A stretch of 64,000 bases of DNA. Origin: a virus. Lineage: Duplodnaviria; Heunggongvirae; Uroviricota; Caudoviricetes. Of this stretch, positions 27,089 through 36,513 are shown piece after piece (positions within the stretch are counted from its first letter, which is position 1; the number at the start of each line of letters is the position of its first letter). The stretch is taken from the IMG/VR virus record IMGVR_UViG_3300036453_000040. One strand, written 5' to 3'. The notes under the pieces were generated by a model. It worked only from the letters and a program-made list of their open reading frames with translations. It searched no databases and had not been told where the DNA came from. The translations under genes and the position numbers were made by a program.

Positions 27089-28507
27089 CTAATTATTTTG
27101 CATATTTTTAATTTTTTCTGCTAATTCGTATACTGTGCTCACATATACGACACCTTTTGCACCTTTAATATCGTTTCCTGGTGTGGTGAAGATTTTTGAA
27201 AAAGCAAGACGGGACGCTTCCATGATGCGCTTATCTCTATCTCTGGGGGCGCGTATTTCACCTGTAAGTGATACTTCGCCTAAAAATACTGCGTCAGAAG
27301 GTAAAGCAATTCCTGTTTTGGAAGAGATTATCGCAGCGACCACGGCAAGATCAGTAGCTGGATCTTGTAATCTTAATCCACCTGTTGTAGCGACATATAC
27401 GTCCTGATCAAAAAGTCGAAGTTGAACGTACTTGTCTATTACAGCTTGCAACATTTGCGCACGCCCATGATCAATGCCTTGAGTTATTTTTCTTGGGTTA
27501 GGGAGCTTAGTGGCCGTAACTAATGCTTGGATTTCGGTAGGTAACGCTCGGCGTCCCTCTAAGGTAATTGATACAGCAAAACCATTTGTACCTTCCGCGT
27601 GAGCGTCCACGAAAAACCCTGATGGGTCATCAACTGGAACTAACCCATCGCTCGTGTGTTCGAAGCAACCAATTTCATCAGTTGCACCATAACGGTTTTT
27701 AATAGCTCGAAGGAGACGAAGAGGAGAGTCCTGACTGTCTTCGAAAAAGAGAACAACGTCTACAAGGTGTTCCACAACGCGAGGACCAGCAATAGCTCCA
27801 TCTTTTGTAACATGCCCAATAAGGATAGTAGGAATACCAATTTGTTTAGCGAGGTTAGTGAAGTCAGTGGATACTTCGTTAACTTGCGTTACGCTACCTA
27901 CACGACCTTCACTTTCTTCGGAGAGAAGAGTTTGGATACTATCCACGACAAGAAGGTCAGGACGAATATCGTTAACTTGCACGAGAGCATTCTGAAGGTT
28001 ACCCTCTGCTAGGAGAAATAGAGTATCTCCTAGCGTACCTGCGGTTCCAGATGCTGCGCCAATGCGTACGGCTCTGGATGCTACCTGATTGGCAGTTTCC
28101 TCACCCGAAATATAAAGGACACGTTTCCCTTGTTTAGCTGCTTCTGATGCGACAAGAAGAGCTAGGGTTGATTTTCCAACACCAGGAGATCCCGCCAAAA
28201 GTACAACTCCACCTTCAACTAGTCCTCCACCGAGAACCCTATCGAATTCTTTAATCCCAGATGAGATTCTCTTCATGGTATCTGATTGTTGTGCTATCTC
28301 AGAAACAGGTCGAGCTTTGTTTCCTGTGGCTACTTTTGCCGCTCGGAAACCTTTCGCTGTAGAAGAAGTTTTGCCTACTGCTGCGAATGCTGCTGGAGCA
28401 TCGTATTCTTCTACGGTTCCCCATTCTTTACAGGAGGAACATTGTCCTGCCCATTTTGCTGTAACATTACTACATGCTGTACATTTATATGATTTCTTAA
28501 TAGCCAT
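27089..28507 (-). CDS. radA: DNA repair protein RadA/Sms
   Basis: N-terminal C4 zinc finger. Walker A motif GSPGVGKST. RadA-specific KNRFG-type motif (AIKNRYGATDE). C-terminal Lon-like domain. Confidence 0.9.
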   Translation of the reverse strand: MAIKKSYKCTACSNVTAKWAGQCSSCKEWGTVEEYDAPAAFAAVGKTSSTAKGFRAAKVATGNKARPVSEIAQQSDTMKRISSGIKEFDRVLGGGLVEGGVVLLAGSPGVGKSTLALLVASEAAKQGKRVLYISGEETANQVASRAVRIGAASGTAGTLGDTLFLLAEGNLQNALVQVNDIRPDLLVVDSIQTLLSEESEGRVGSVTQVNEVSTDFTNLAKQIGIPTILIGHVTKDGAIAGPRVVEHLVDVVLFFEDSQDSPLRLLRAIKNRYGATDEIGCFEHTSDGLVPVDDPSGFFVDAHAEGTNGFAVSITLEGRRALPTEIQALVTATKLPNPRKITQGIDHGRAQMLQAVIDKYVQLRLFDQDVYVATTGGLRLQDPATDLAVVAAIISSKTGIALPSDAVFLGEVSLTGEIRAPRDRDKRIMEASRLAFSKIFTTPGNDIKGAKGVVYVSTVYELAEKIKNMQNN

Positions 28508-28515
28508 TTGTATTC

Positions 28516-28524
28516 ATTTTACCA
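28516..28524 (-). promoter_or_regulatory. Extended -10-like element (TGgTAAAAT) 8 nt upstream of the radA ATG
   Basis: Coding-strand sequence CTATGGTAAAATGAATACAA-ATG. Confidence 0.3.
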
Positions 28525-28532
28525 TAGTTAGT

Positions 28533-29573
28533 CTAAAAAGCAGAGATCTGGTCTATTCGCGAGTTAAGTTCTTCAAGATAGTCTGGTTCTAAGCGGGTAG
28601 CCCATTCATTCGGGAAAACGATTCCCGAATGAGCCGCGCCGACGAACGTACCTGCTATTGCTGCCATGCTATCCGAATCACCGCTCGTATAGACAACGCG
28701 ACGTAGAGCTTCTACTGGGTTATCACCATGCGTGTCAGCAATAACAACGGATACTAGTAGCGCTTCTTCAGCTACCCAGCCATCCGACTTAAGCAAAACA
28801 CAAGGGTCCATATTAATAGGTGAGTTAGCAAATTCTTCTACGTGTAACGAGCGTGATGCTAAGAAGTCTTTTAGTTGTATAAGGCCTTCTGTGTATATTG
28901 CGTTAAGTGGAGTTGCACGTTTGTTTTCCATCTCAAGTAGTTGATGAGTTTTTTCTGTTACAAACTTGAAAAGTTCATTGTTGCCTGTTGCTAAGGTAAC
29001 TGTACCGTCAAAGACTGCTTTTGTCGCAAGTGCTGTTAGTACTGCTGAGGATAATGCAAGCGGGTGAGAGTGAGTTACTTCTGCTTGTAGGAGACTTAAT
29101 CGTATAATACTATCTTCTGACAATGGAAGCAGCCCAAACCATGGGTTACGCATGTTAGCGCCGCATCCTTTTGAACTCCTCTGAGAACCTTCAAGGCCTG
29201 TGCGCATTGCGGAGTCTTCTAATTTATATAATGCGGTCATGCATGTATTACCTGGTGCACGATTGTTGCGAGGATCGTTGGACCACTCGATAAACTCATA
29301 AGCGAACATGAGTCGCATGTGGCGGGAAAAGTTCATTTCGTTAGATGAGTCAATAACCATTGTGGATATGATGGTCCAGTTATCTAAAACGGCTTTCATA
29401 GCAGCGAGACCCATTTGAGTATCATCTGTTATGAAAGCCGTTTTAACTGGGAACTCAGGTTTCTGTGCAGAAATGGTAGCAAAGTCTTTGAACTCTTGCC
29501 TGTAACCCCATGCATCGCCGTAAGCGCTACCGAAGATTGCATTGTGTACTTTTCTTGAAGAAACTATATCCAA
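28533..29573 (-). CDS. ADP-ribosylglycohydrolase family protein (DraG/ARH-like)
   Basis: N-terminal FGSAYGDAWGY. Segment TDDTQMGLAAM. C-terminal GDSDSMAAIAGTFVGAAHG. These are three signature segments of the ADP-ribosylglycohydrolase fold. Confidence 0.75.
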   Translation of the reverse strand: MDIVSSRKVHNAIFGSAYGDAWGYRQEFKDFATISAQKPEFPVKTAFITDDTQMGLAAMKAVLDNWTIISTMVIDSSNEMNFSRHMRLMFAYEFIEWSNDPRNNRAPGNTCMTALYKLEDSAMRTGLEGSQRSSKGCGANMRNPWFGLLPLSEDSIIRLSLLQAEVTHSHPLALSSAVLTALATKAVFDGTVTLATGNNELFKFVTEKTHQLLEMENKRATPLNAIYTEGLIQLKDFLASRSLHVEEFANSPINMDPCVLLKSDGWVAEEALLVSVVIADTHGDNPVEALRRVVYTSGDSDSMAAIAGTFVGAAHSGIVFPNEWATRLEPDYLEELNSRIDQISAF

Positions 29574-29583
29574 TTTTTCCTAC

Positions 29584-30354
29584 TTATCTCATATGATCAA
29601 AGAATTTATCGACAGAAAAATCAATCGCTTTATCTAGACCATTAAAAATGTCATCTTGCATTTTTTTAGAAAAACGCTTCATCCATTGGGATGTGTTTTC
29701 AATGTGAGCATGAAGCTGTTTACGTTGTTTATCAATGTAAGCAAGTTCCCTGACCATGATAATTCTTTGCTCTTTAAGGTGTTTAACTTCAGCGTCATCC
29801 CCGTTAGCCTTAGCAACATACATCGCCTCTTGGTTATCTTCAATGTTAGCTTCAATTTCATCACCACGTTCAGTTAAGCTGGTGAGCAATTTTTTTGAGC
29901 GGTTCATGTCGATTTTAGCATGAAGCAGTTTCATCTTATCGTTCATGAGAGGATCTTGTAGAATTTTTGCTAGTTTACGCTGAGCAATCCTGCGGTCCTC
30001 GGCAGCGGCTAACTCAGATGCGGAATTAAACCTTTCTGCATCACTGAGCTTCTCGTCATTAATTTTAGCTTCGAGAGATTCTTTGCCTTTTGCGGTTGCG
30101 TAGAACTCTGTAAGGGAGTCCTCTTTTGCCTCTTCAAGGGTATCGATACTTTTCTGAAGTTTAGCTTGCTCTTCAGAATAGAAACCGTCAATATCGGAAC
30201 CTTTCCAAGTATCTGGGTTTTCTTTCCTATAATTTTCTTGCTCTTGAGAAACGTCCTCTTTTTTCTGCTCTGCAACATGCAACTTGCGAGCAATCTCTCT
30301 GAGCTTATCGCTGGGGTGATTACTGCAATGAAATCCTGGCCATGGTCTACACAC
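29584..30354 (-). CDS. hypothetical acidic coiled-coil protein
   Basis: 256-aa ORF rich in E/K heptad-like sequence. Confidence 0.45.
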   Translation of the reverse strand: MCRPWPGFHCSNHPSDKLREIARKLHVAEQKKEDVSQEQENYRKENPDTWKGSDIDGFYSEEQAKLQKSIDTLEEAKEDSLTEFYATAKGKESLEAKINDEKLSDAERFNSASELAAAEDRRIAQRKLAKILQDPLMNDKMKLLHAKIDMNRSKKLLTSLTERGDEIEANIEDNQEAMYVAKANGDDAEVKHLKEQRIIMVRELAYIDKQRKQLHAHIENTSQWMKRFSKKMQDDIFNGLDKAIDFSVDKFFDHMR

Positions 30355-30394
30355 TAGTTAATTCCTTTCAGGATATAACTATCGGCGGGGCCGT

Positions 30395-30970
30395 CTAAGG
30401 AGTGTTAAGTTTAAGCTCACAAATAAACTTGTATACGTCATCCCACGTGTAAGCACGCAGGCCAGCCATGCCCTGATTGTAGGGTGCGTCAAAAATAATG
30501 ACGGTTCGACCTGCTGCATCAAAATTGAGAATGTTCGAAGGCGAGTCGTCAATGTACACGTCAGCGAACACATCGACCTTATCTCGCACAAACATGATAT
30601 CGCGGTAAGGAATGTCGTTCTTGTCCAGCCACTCAGCAGTGTTAGCTACAACCTTATAGTTCTGACCGTGCTTAACAAAACGAGAAGTGATAACACGAAG
30701 GTGATCGCCTTCACCGTTCAAACGCCATAGGGTTTCGCTTGCACCCTCCATTACGTCCATATCCTTATATAGACCCATAGCTACCGCCTCGGAGTGGTAC
30801 TTAACAAAGTCCTCCGAAACATGGGGCCAGTTAGTGAAATTGTAATCAATTGGCTCGGGGAACATGGTCATGCGGTCAGCTTCTGGAATGCCTAGCTGGT
30901 TGGAGACGAAAGTTCTCAGTACTTCAACGTACTTACCTGTAACGCCGTCAAGATCTACACCAATAATCAT
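30395..30970 (-). CDS. 5'(3')-deoxyribonucleotidase-like HAD phosphatase (NT5C family)
   Basis: N-terminal MIIGVDLDGV (DxDG motif I). Overall pattern of the NT5C-type nucleotidase family. Confidence 0.6.
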   Translation of the reverse strand: MIIGVDLDGVTGKYVEVLRTFVSNQLGIPEADRMTMFPEPIDYNFTNWPHVSEDFVKYHSEAVAMGLYKDMDVMEGASETLWRLNGEGDHLRVITSRFVKHGQNYKVVANTAEWLDKNDIPYRDIMFVRDKVDVFADVYIDDSPSNILNFDAAGRTVIIFDAPYNQGMAGLRAYTWDDVYKFICELKLNTP

Positions 30971-31076
30971 TTATCTAACTTTCCTTGTTGTTTGGACTGT
31001 ACATTCTTATAATAACAGAAAAGGAACGAAACTGCAAATTGCGCAGTTTCGTTCCTTTTCATTGTTCTTTAATACC

Positions 31077-32885
31077 TTATACAGAGTATCCAAGCAAGGC
31101 ACTTACAAGTGGGTAATCACTTAAGAGTGGAGCAGGATCAATACCAGCGTTTCTCAACTTATCCATGTAGCCACTGATTTGCTTAGTGGCTTTAGATACG
31201 TGAGTGTTATTTGCGTAGTTAAGTCCCATTGAATCTAGACGACCAAGCAATGCTTCCATTCCCGCGAGGCGAACATGTGCGGCATTAACTAGTTCACGGC
31301 TTGTTTCGCGAGAGGAAGAACTAATCTTTCCACTTAGCTCTGAAAGGGCGCTTACCGTTTCAGCCATGTTGTTTTCGATTTCAGCTTCTTCAATCTTTGA
31401 CTGTCCGAGAATAACTGGTTCAGCTACAACTTTTTCCTTACGGATGGTTGGAGCTTCGTGAGTCAGGGGAGCAGGAGCGGCAAGTCTAGCTTGCTTTTTC
31501 TCTCTACTCCCCTGAGCTTTTCCCATGGAACTACCAATCGCGTTACCAGTAACGGACCCGTTAATGATAGCCTGAATGTCAATACCAGTAGCATCCTTCA
31601 TGAGGGTAGTCATGCTAGCCATGTTGCTTACAACATCGCCCGTGAGCTTGTTAGCACCATCAGCGCTAACAATCGTAAGGTTATCAATGCCAGAATATGC
31701 AGCAGCGAACTTCTCAGCGATCAAAGGTAGAGTTTCGATCATCTGCTGAGCGAGAACCGCACCAGCTTCCTTCTCAAGAGCAGCAGCACGAGCGCCAATA
31801 GCCTCAGCCTCAGCCTTACCCTTAGCAGAAATAGCGAACGCCTCAGCTTCACCCTCAGCCTTGGTAGCCTCAGCCTGAGCAAGACGGTTGTCACGCTCTG
31901 CTCGTGCGGTTGCTACCTGAGCGTCAGCGTTAGCCTGAGCGGTGGTAGTAATACGGTAAGCTTCCGCGTCAGCTACCTTACGAATGTCAGCGTTAAGAAG
32001 CTGCTCACGAAGACTAGCTTCCTTGGTTGCTGTAATTTCTTCCTGAGCTACAATGCGCTGACGCTGGATTGCATCCTCAAGAGGCTTCGCAGCGTTAGCT
32101 TCAGCTAGAGCCTTATCGGTCTCAGCCTGAACGGCAGCCTTCTGTAGGCTTAGGTCACGGTTCGCGTTAACGATAAGTTTCTCAGCGGAAATGCGAGCTT
32201 CCTCAGAGGCGCGAGTTGCTTCGGTATCAGCTACCTCTGCCATACGGCGAACGTTAGCGGATTCTGGACGGCCTAGGTTGTCAATATAACCTGACTCGTC
32301 ATTAATTTCCTGAACCTGTAGCGTATCTACTACGAGTCCCTGTTTGGTGAGCGCTTCCTCAGCGGCAGCTAGTACAGCTGATGCAAGGGCGGCACGGTCA
32401 CGGATAAGGTCAGTTACTTCAAGCTGACCGATGATTCCACGGAGAGAACCTGAAAGCACTTCCTGAGTGGAGGTCTCAATTTCTTCCTGCTGTGATAGGA
32501 AGCGCTGAGCGGCTGAACGAATCATTTCTTCGCTACCACCTACCTTGATAACGGCTACAGCGCGTGCTGTAATAGTAATGCCGTTTTTGGTCTGAGCTTT
32601 AGTCGTGATGGTTAGGCGACGTGAACGAAGAGAGAGAACAAACGCTTTCTGTACGAATGGGAGAACGAAAATTCCTCCACCAGTTACAACCTTTTGACCA
32701 GATAGGTCTGAGATTTGCTTGCCATCGGAATCTATCTTAATCTTGCCTTTACGGCCTGTGACAATGATTGCTTCGTCAGGTTCAGCAATGCGGTAACGCT
32801 TGATAACGATGAGAGCAACGATAACAAGGGCGAGAACAGCACCTCCAATACCAATAACTAGGGGGTTTGCTAATAGTGTGAACAC
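31077..32885 (-). CDS. Flotillin-like SPFH/band-7 protein
   Basis: N-terminal TM helix and SPFH domain, then a long Ala/Glu-rich coiled coil (AEA.. repeats), and a C-terminal extension. Confidence 0.8.
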   Translation of the reverse strand: MFTLLANPLVIGIGGAVLALVIVALIVIKRYRIAEPDEAIIVTGRKGKIKIDSDGKQISDLSGQKVVTGGGIFVLPFVQKAFVLSLRSRRLTITTKAQTKNGITITARAVAVIKVGGSEEMIRSAAQRFLSQQEEIETSTQEVLSGSLRGIIGQLEVTDLIRDRAALASAVLAAAEEALTKQGLVVDTLQVQEINDESGYIDNLGRPESANVRRMAEVADTEATRASEEARISAEKLIVNANRDLSLQKAAVQAETDKALAEANAAKPLEDAIQRQRIVAQEEITATKEASLREQLLNADIRKVADAEAYRITTTAQANADAQVATARAERDNRLAQAEATKAEGEAEAFAISAKGKAEAEAIGARAAALEKEAGAVLAQQMIETLPLIAEKFAAAYSGIDNLTIVSADGANKLTGDVVSNMASMTTLMKDATGIDIQAIINGSVTGNAIGSSMGKAQGSREKKQARLAAPAPLTHEAPTIRKEKVVAEPVILGQSKIEEAEIENNMAETVSALSELSGKISSSSRETSRELVNAAHVRLAGMEALLGRLDSMGLNYANNTHVSKATKQISGYMDKLRNAGIDPAPLLSDYPLVSALLGYSV

Positions 32886-32936
32886 TATGGTCCTTTCATA
32901 ATTTTTGTTAGTTGTTTTAGGTTAAACGTGTAATTT

Positions 32937-33491
32937 TTAGTTCTCAGAAGATTCTTGCGAATCAGGTACTGCTTCTACCATAACAGACGAATCAGAAATG
33001 GTAGCCAAAATAAGAACTTTTGTACCAACGGAGATAGGTTCCCGTGATAAGGCAGCAAAAGTATGGCGAATCCCGTTATAAGGCAGGCTGATTTCACCAA
33101 AATTATCATTACCAGGAATTCGAAGAATTACAATTCCTTCTTTACCTGCGAGGCCAACCGATTGGATTGAAGCCGTAGAAGACGAGTCTCTAAAGAACTT
33201 AGCGAACCACCAAGCACCTAGGCCTCCAAGTACGCCCGTTAGAGCGCCATATAATGCAGCCATGGGAGGTTCTGCTCCTGCGCCCACTGAAGCGTATCCG
33301 ACGAAGCCAAACACAGCTCCAAAAGCTGACATTGTTGTTAAACTCAATGGGCCGTCACCAAAGTCGAGTGCTTCGAAAATACCACCCAACACAAAAGATA
33401 ACAGAAGCAAAATAACAGCAACGATTCCAATTAGAAGAAACGTACCGCCTGAAGTTACTGTGTTAAACCATTCTAATGCAGCGTCCATCAA
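32937..33491 (-). CDS. NfeD/YqiJ-like membrane protein, the usual partner of flotillin
   Basis: Multi-TM N-half with a soluble OB-like C-half. Sits immediately downstream of flotillin on the same strand. Confidence 0.65.
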   Translation of the reverse strand: MMDAALEWFNTVTSGGTFLLIGIVAVILLLLSFVLGGIFEALDFGDGPLSLTTMSAFGAVFGFVGYASVGAGAEPPMAALYGALTGVLGGLGAWWFAKFFRDSSSTASIQSVGLAGKEGIVILRIPGNDNFGEISLPYNGIRHTFAALSREPISVGTKVLILATISDSSVMVEAVPDSQESSEN

Positions 33492-33619
33492 AGAATGACT
33501 CCTTCTAACAGAAGGTTTTCCATCATACGAGCACTAACTTTCTTGTTGTATTATGTGTTAAGCGTAATATACGTATCTTAGCACATTTGTAGAACAAAAC
33601 CTAATTTAGTTAATTTTTG

Positions 33620-33928
33620 TTAACTTAAAAGTAGGTACGCTACAATAGCGGCAGATAACAAACCTGCACCAAGCTCAAACAATAAATACCAGACAGGTAA
33701 CCTTGTTGAACAGCATTTCGTTTTACCGCCTATAGCTAACCAACCTATTACAGGGATATTCTCGTAATTTTTTAGTTGACGACCGCATGCACAATGGCTT
33801 CGACCCATAATACTTTCATGTTTAGGAACTCTTTCTATCACTACCCCAGCAAAGGAGGCAAGTGCTCCTCCGAAGAAGAAAGCTAGGACAAGAAGCAAAA
33901 TTAGGGAGGCATAGTACATGGTGAACAA
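33620..33928 (-). CDS. Stand-alone N-terminal domain of a type IV prepilin peptidase. The A24 peptidase domain is absent
   Basis: TM helix plus S.CACGRQL...IPVIGWL..GGKTKCCSTRLPVWY matches the Cys-rich N-domain of PilD/TadV peptidases. The ORF is only 102 aa and no peptidase domain follows. Confidence 0.5.
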   Translation of the reverse strand: MFTMYYASLILLLVLAFFFGGALASFAGVVIERVPKHESIMGRSHCACGRQLKNYENIPVIGWLAIGGKTKCCSTRLPVWYLLFELGAGLLSAAIVAYLLLS

Positions 33929-33989
33929 TTTATCGGCTAATGAAGCTATTTAACTAGCGCACATGTATTCATCATGCTAAACTTCAGCT

Positions 33990-34613
33990 ATGACACAGGA
34001 TGAAGTTAATTTTAGCCCCGATAACACAAACGAGGACCTGATGAGGTATGCAATGGCTGAACGGGAACTTGCTGATTTTAACGCCTTAAGCTTGAGCCTA
34101 CCTAAAAGCCCATTAAGCGCAAAACGTCATTCCTCTTTCACTGAGGGGTTAACGCTTTCTCCTCAGTTTAAAAGCGAAGTTATTTTTCCTACTTCACTTA
34201 CTCTTGAAGGCGTCTTCGCTGCTTTAGTAGCTAGAAAACCTTTAGAGATCCAGTTTCAAGAAAGGTTCACTTTTAAAGTAGTTGGAGATGATTGCCACTG
34301 GACTAATGGAGGTAAAGAAATTGGTTTTAACGGTATGCTTCCTAGCTCGAATGAAGATGGAACGCATAGTCGTAAGCTCTTAATTGAAATGTCAGAAATG
34401 GCTCGCACCATTCAGCTAACGCCACTGAGCATTTTCCTTCGACCTGAAGATGCAACTTATGCACAAAAACACGCGGGTCAAGAATTTGTTCCATGGTCTT
34501 TCGATGGGGCAGTCAGTTATGGTGGGTACAGCGACATGCGTGCTGAACACTCATACCGCATTATGGTAGATGAACTTACTGCATATTGTACCCAGTTAAG
34601 TAGTTCCGACTAA
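33990..34613 (+). CDS. hypothetical protein
   Basis: 207-aa ORF followed by a strong terminator hairpin. Confidence 0.5.
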   Translation: MTQDEVNFSPDNTNEDLMRYAMAERELADFNALSLSLPKSPLSAKRHSSFTEGLTLSPQFKSEVIFPTSLTLEGVFAALVARKPLEIQFQERFTFKVVGDDCHWTNGGKEIGFNGMLPSSNEDGTHSRKLLIEMSEMARTIQLTPLSIFLRPEDATYAQKHAGQEFVPWSFDGAVSYGGYSDMRAEHSYRIMVDELTAYCTQLSSSD

Positions 34614-34650
34614 AGAAAAGAAGTTTCATTGTAGGAACTCACAAAGTTCT

Positions 34651-34705
34651 AAAATCCCCCAAAAACCCTTGATTTTACGCGGTTTTTGGGGGATTTTATT
34701 TCTAG
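34651..34705 (+). terminator. Rho-independent terminator (17-bp stem)
   Basis: aaaatcccccaaaaacc / ggtttttgggggatttt followed by atttct. Confidence 0.55.
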
Positions 34706-34731
34706 GTTTGCTTGTATGATAAGCACATTGC

Positions 34732-34740
34732 TGCTATACT
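34732..34740 (+). promoter_or_regulatory. Extended -10 element (TGcTATACT) upstream of the small secreted-peptide gene
   Basis: ttgctgctatactttt lies 45 nt before the ATG. An AGGAGA ribosome-binding site follows. Confidence 0.35.
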
Positions 34741-34785
34741 TTTAATAACAACGACACACAATAACAACAACATTAGGAGAACATC

Positions 34786-34938
34786 ATGGGTATCAAGGCC
34801 AAGATCATCACAGTCATCACGCTCACCAGCATTTTCGGTTTCGTATCGCCTGCTCAGGCAGCAGAAGCCCCCAGCACACCCGCTGTAATTCAGATTGCTT
34901 CGGTCAGTGGTGCCGCTGGATCACTCGCAGGTCAGTAA
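34786..34938 (+). CDS. Small secreted peptide precursor: a 25-aa signal peptide ending AQA, then a 25-aa Ala/Ser/Gly-rich mature peptide
   Basis: MGIKAKIITVITLTSIFGFVSPAQA|AEAPSTPAVIQIASVSGAAGSLAGQ. Ribosome-binding site AGGAGA lies 5 nt upstream. A terminator follows directly. Not in the ORF track because it is under 60 aa. Confidence 0.4.
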   Translation: MGIKAKIITVITLTSIFGFVSPAQAAEAPSTPAVIQIASVSGAAGSLAGQ

Positions 34939-34958
34939 CTAATTTTTAGAGGATTCCC

Positions 34959-35000
34959 CACCCCCTATACCTACTATGGTATAGGGGGTGCCTTGTTTTT
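34959..35000 (+). terminator. Rho-independent terminator (13-bp GC-rich stem plus T-run)
   Basis: caccccctatacc-tactat-ggtatagggggtg ccttgttttt. Confidence 0.55.
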
Positions 35001-36465
35001 AGCTGATGTTTTTGCTGATCCATTTAACGCCATCCGCTTGCGTTCTAAATGAATCAGAGTATTGAGCCTTGCGAGCTTTAGTTAAAGCTTCTTTCATCCA
35101 TGGGCCAGGCTTTCGAGTAGGGAATGCTGCCATCATGTTTTCGCCATTTACTAAGTCTTTCTCAGCAGAGTCAGCAATTCCCAGTTTTTCAGCTTTAGCT
35201 AAGATACGGCTCCCCTGCTTAGCGTCACCAGTTGCCATCTCATACAAAGCCCAATCTCGGATGCTTGTGTTATTGGGCATGTCATGAGACCAATTACGCA
35301 AAGAGGTTTTGCCTTGCTTTTGTGGAACTTTGAGTTCTGTAATATTAAAAGCATTATTTTTTTCTTTATCTCCCACGGTTGTAGTGGTAAGAAACTTACG
35401 CCTGTTCTTTGGGTTTAAGCGCTGAGAGATAGTCGCAGAAAGCAAAGCTACCCTCTTGTTCTGTGGTACTGAGCCATTGTCAATAAGTTTTTGCATGCGA
35501 CGAACATTACGGTACAATTTGGAATCGTTTATTTCTGTCAAACCATCAAAGTTTTGATCCCATTCTGTTTCTTTCAAAAGACGAAGGGCTTTATCTGTAC
35601 GCTTCCCCTTTTCGTACAATTTCTGGAATTCCATTTGTACTCGCTCAGTTGCAAGATCTGCAAACGCTGGTCGGAGTGATTTAGCTTTTTCAACAGTATC
35701 AGGGTGTAAGTCCATGCCGAAACGTGAAGCCATTTGTACTCCCCTGAGTACACGCAGCGGGTCCTCATCAAAAGCATCTGAAACATGACGTAGTTGTTTA
35801 GCTTCGATATCCTTAAGCCCACTATGCTTGTCAATGATAAAACCTAACTTATGAGAGTACATAAGAGCATTAATTGTGTAATCACGTCGAGCGGTTGCCT
35901 CTTCCAATGATAGGTCAGGGTTCACTTCTACAGCGAATCCTTTATGACCGTCGCCTATTTTGCTATCAGTGCGAGGTAAGGAAACATCAAAGTCTTCATC
36001 ATCAATACGAATTTTGAGTACTCCGAAAGATTTTCCTACCTCATCCACATGTCCAAGCTTACGGAGTGACTTAATAATAGAATCTGCCTGTCCGCCATAA
36101 ACCTCAATGTCGATATCCTTTGACGGCAAGCCTAGAAGTGCATCTCTAACGCTACCACCGACAATGTAAGGCGAGAAACCATCGTTTTCAAGCTGACGTA
36201 AGACTGCTACAGTATGAGGCGTTAGATCCATTACATAGGTTCTGACATTGCCTAGATCTTTTTTCTCATCATTGAGTGACTCAATTTTTGAAGTAGCATC
36301 TAAAAGCGCTGACTCACTTTTCTTACGTTGTTTATCTGTTAGCCCTTGGCCCAGCAGTCGAGCAGCATGATACTGCTTCTGAGCCTGTAGGTTTCGTTTC
36401 ATAACCCCATACGGGTTATTTTCGTTACAGCGATGACGGCCTTCATTATCAATTGCTCTACACAT
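34999..36465 (-). CDS. cca: Class II tRNA nucleotidyltransferase (CCA-adding enzyme or poly(A) polymerase family)
   Basis: Head-domain motifs YIVGGSVRDALLG...DIDIE, RRDYTINA and DPLRVLRGVQMASRFG. There is an 80-aa N-terminal extension. Confidence 0.75.
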   Translation of the reverse strand: MCRAIDNEGRHRCNENNPYGVMKRNLQAQKQYHAARLLGQGLTDKQRKKSESALLDATSKIESLNDEKKDLGNVRTYVMDLTPHTVAVLRQLENDGFSPYIVGGSVRDALLGLPSKDIDIEVYGGQADSIIKSLRKLGHVDEVGKSFGVLKIRIDDEDFDVSLPRTDSKIGDGHKGFAVEVNPDLSLEEATARRDYTINALMYSHKLGFIIDKHSGLKDIEAKQLRHVSDAFDEDPLRVLRGVQMASRFGMDLHPDTVEKAKSLRPAFADLATERVQMEFQKLYEKGKRTDKALRLLKETEWDQNFDGLTEINDSKLYRNVRRMQKLIDNGSVPQNKRVALLSATISQRLNPKNRRKFLTTTTVGDKEKNNAFNITELKVPQKQGKTSLRNWSHDMPNNTSIRDWALYEMATGDAKQGSRILAKAEKLGIADSAEKDLVNGENMMAAFPTRKPGPWMKEALTKARKAQYSDSFRTQADGVKWISKNIS

Positions 36466-36513
36466 TTTCTATGTCCCTAAGTTTAGTCTTGGTATATTAC
36501 TATCGAAGACTAA

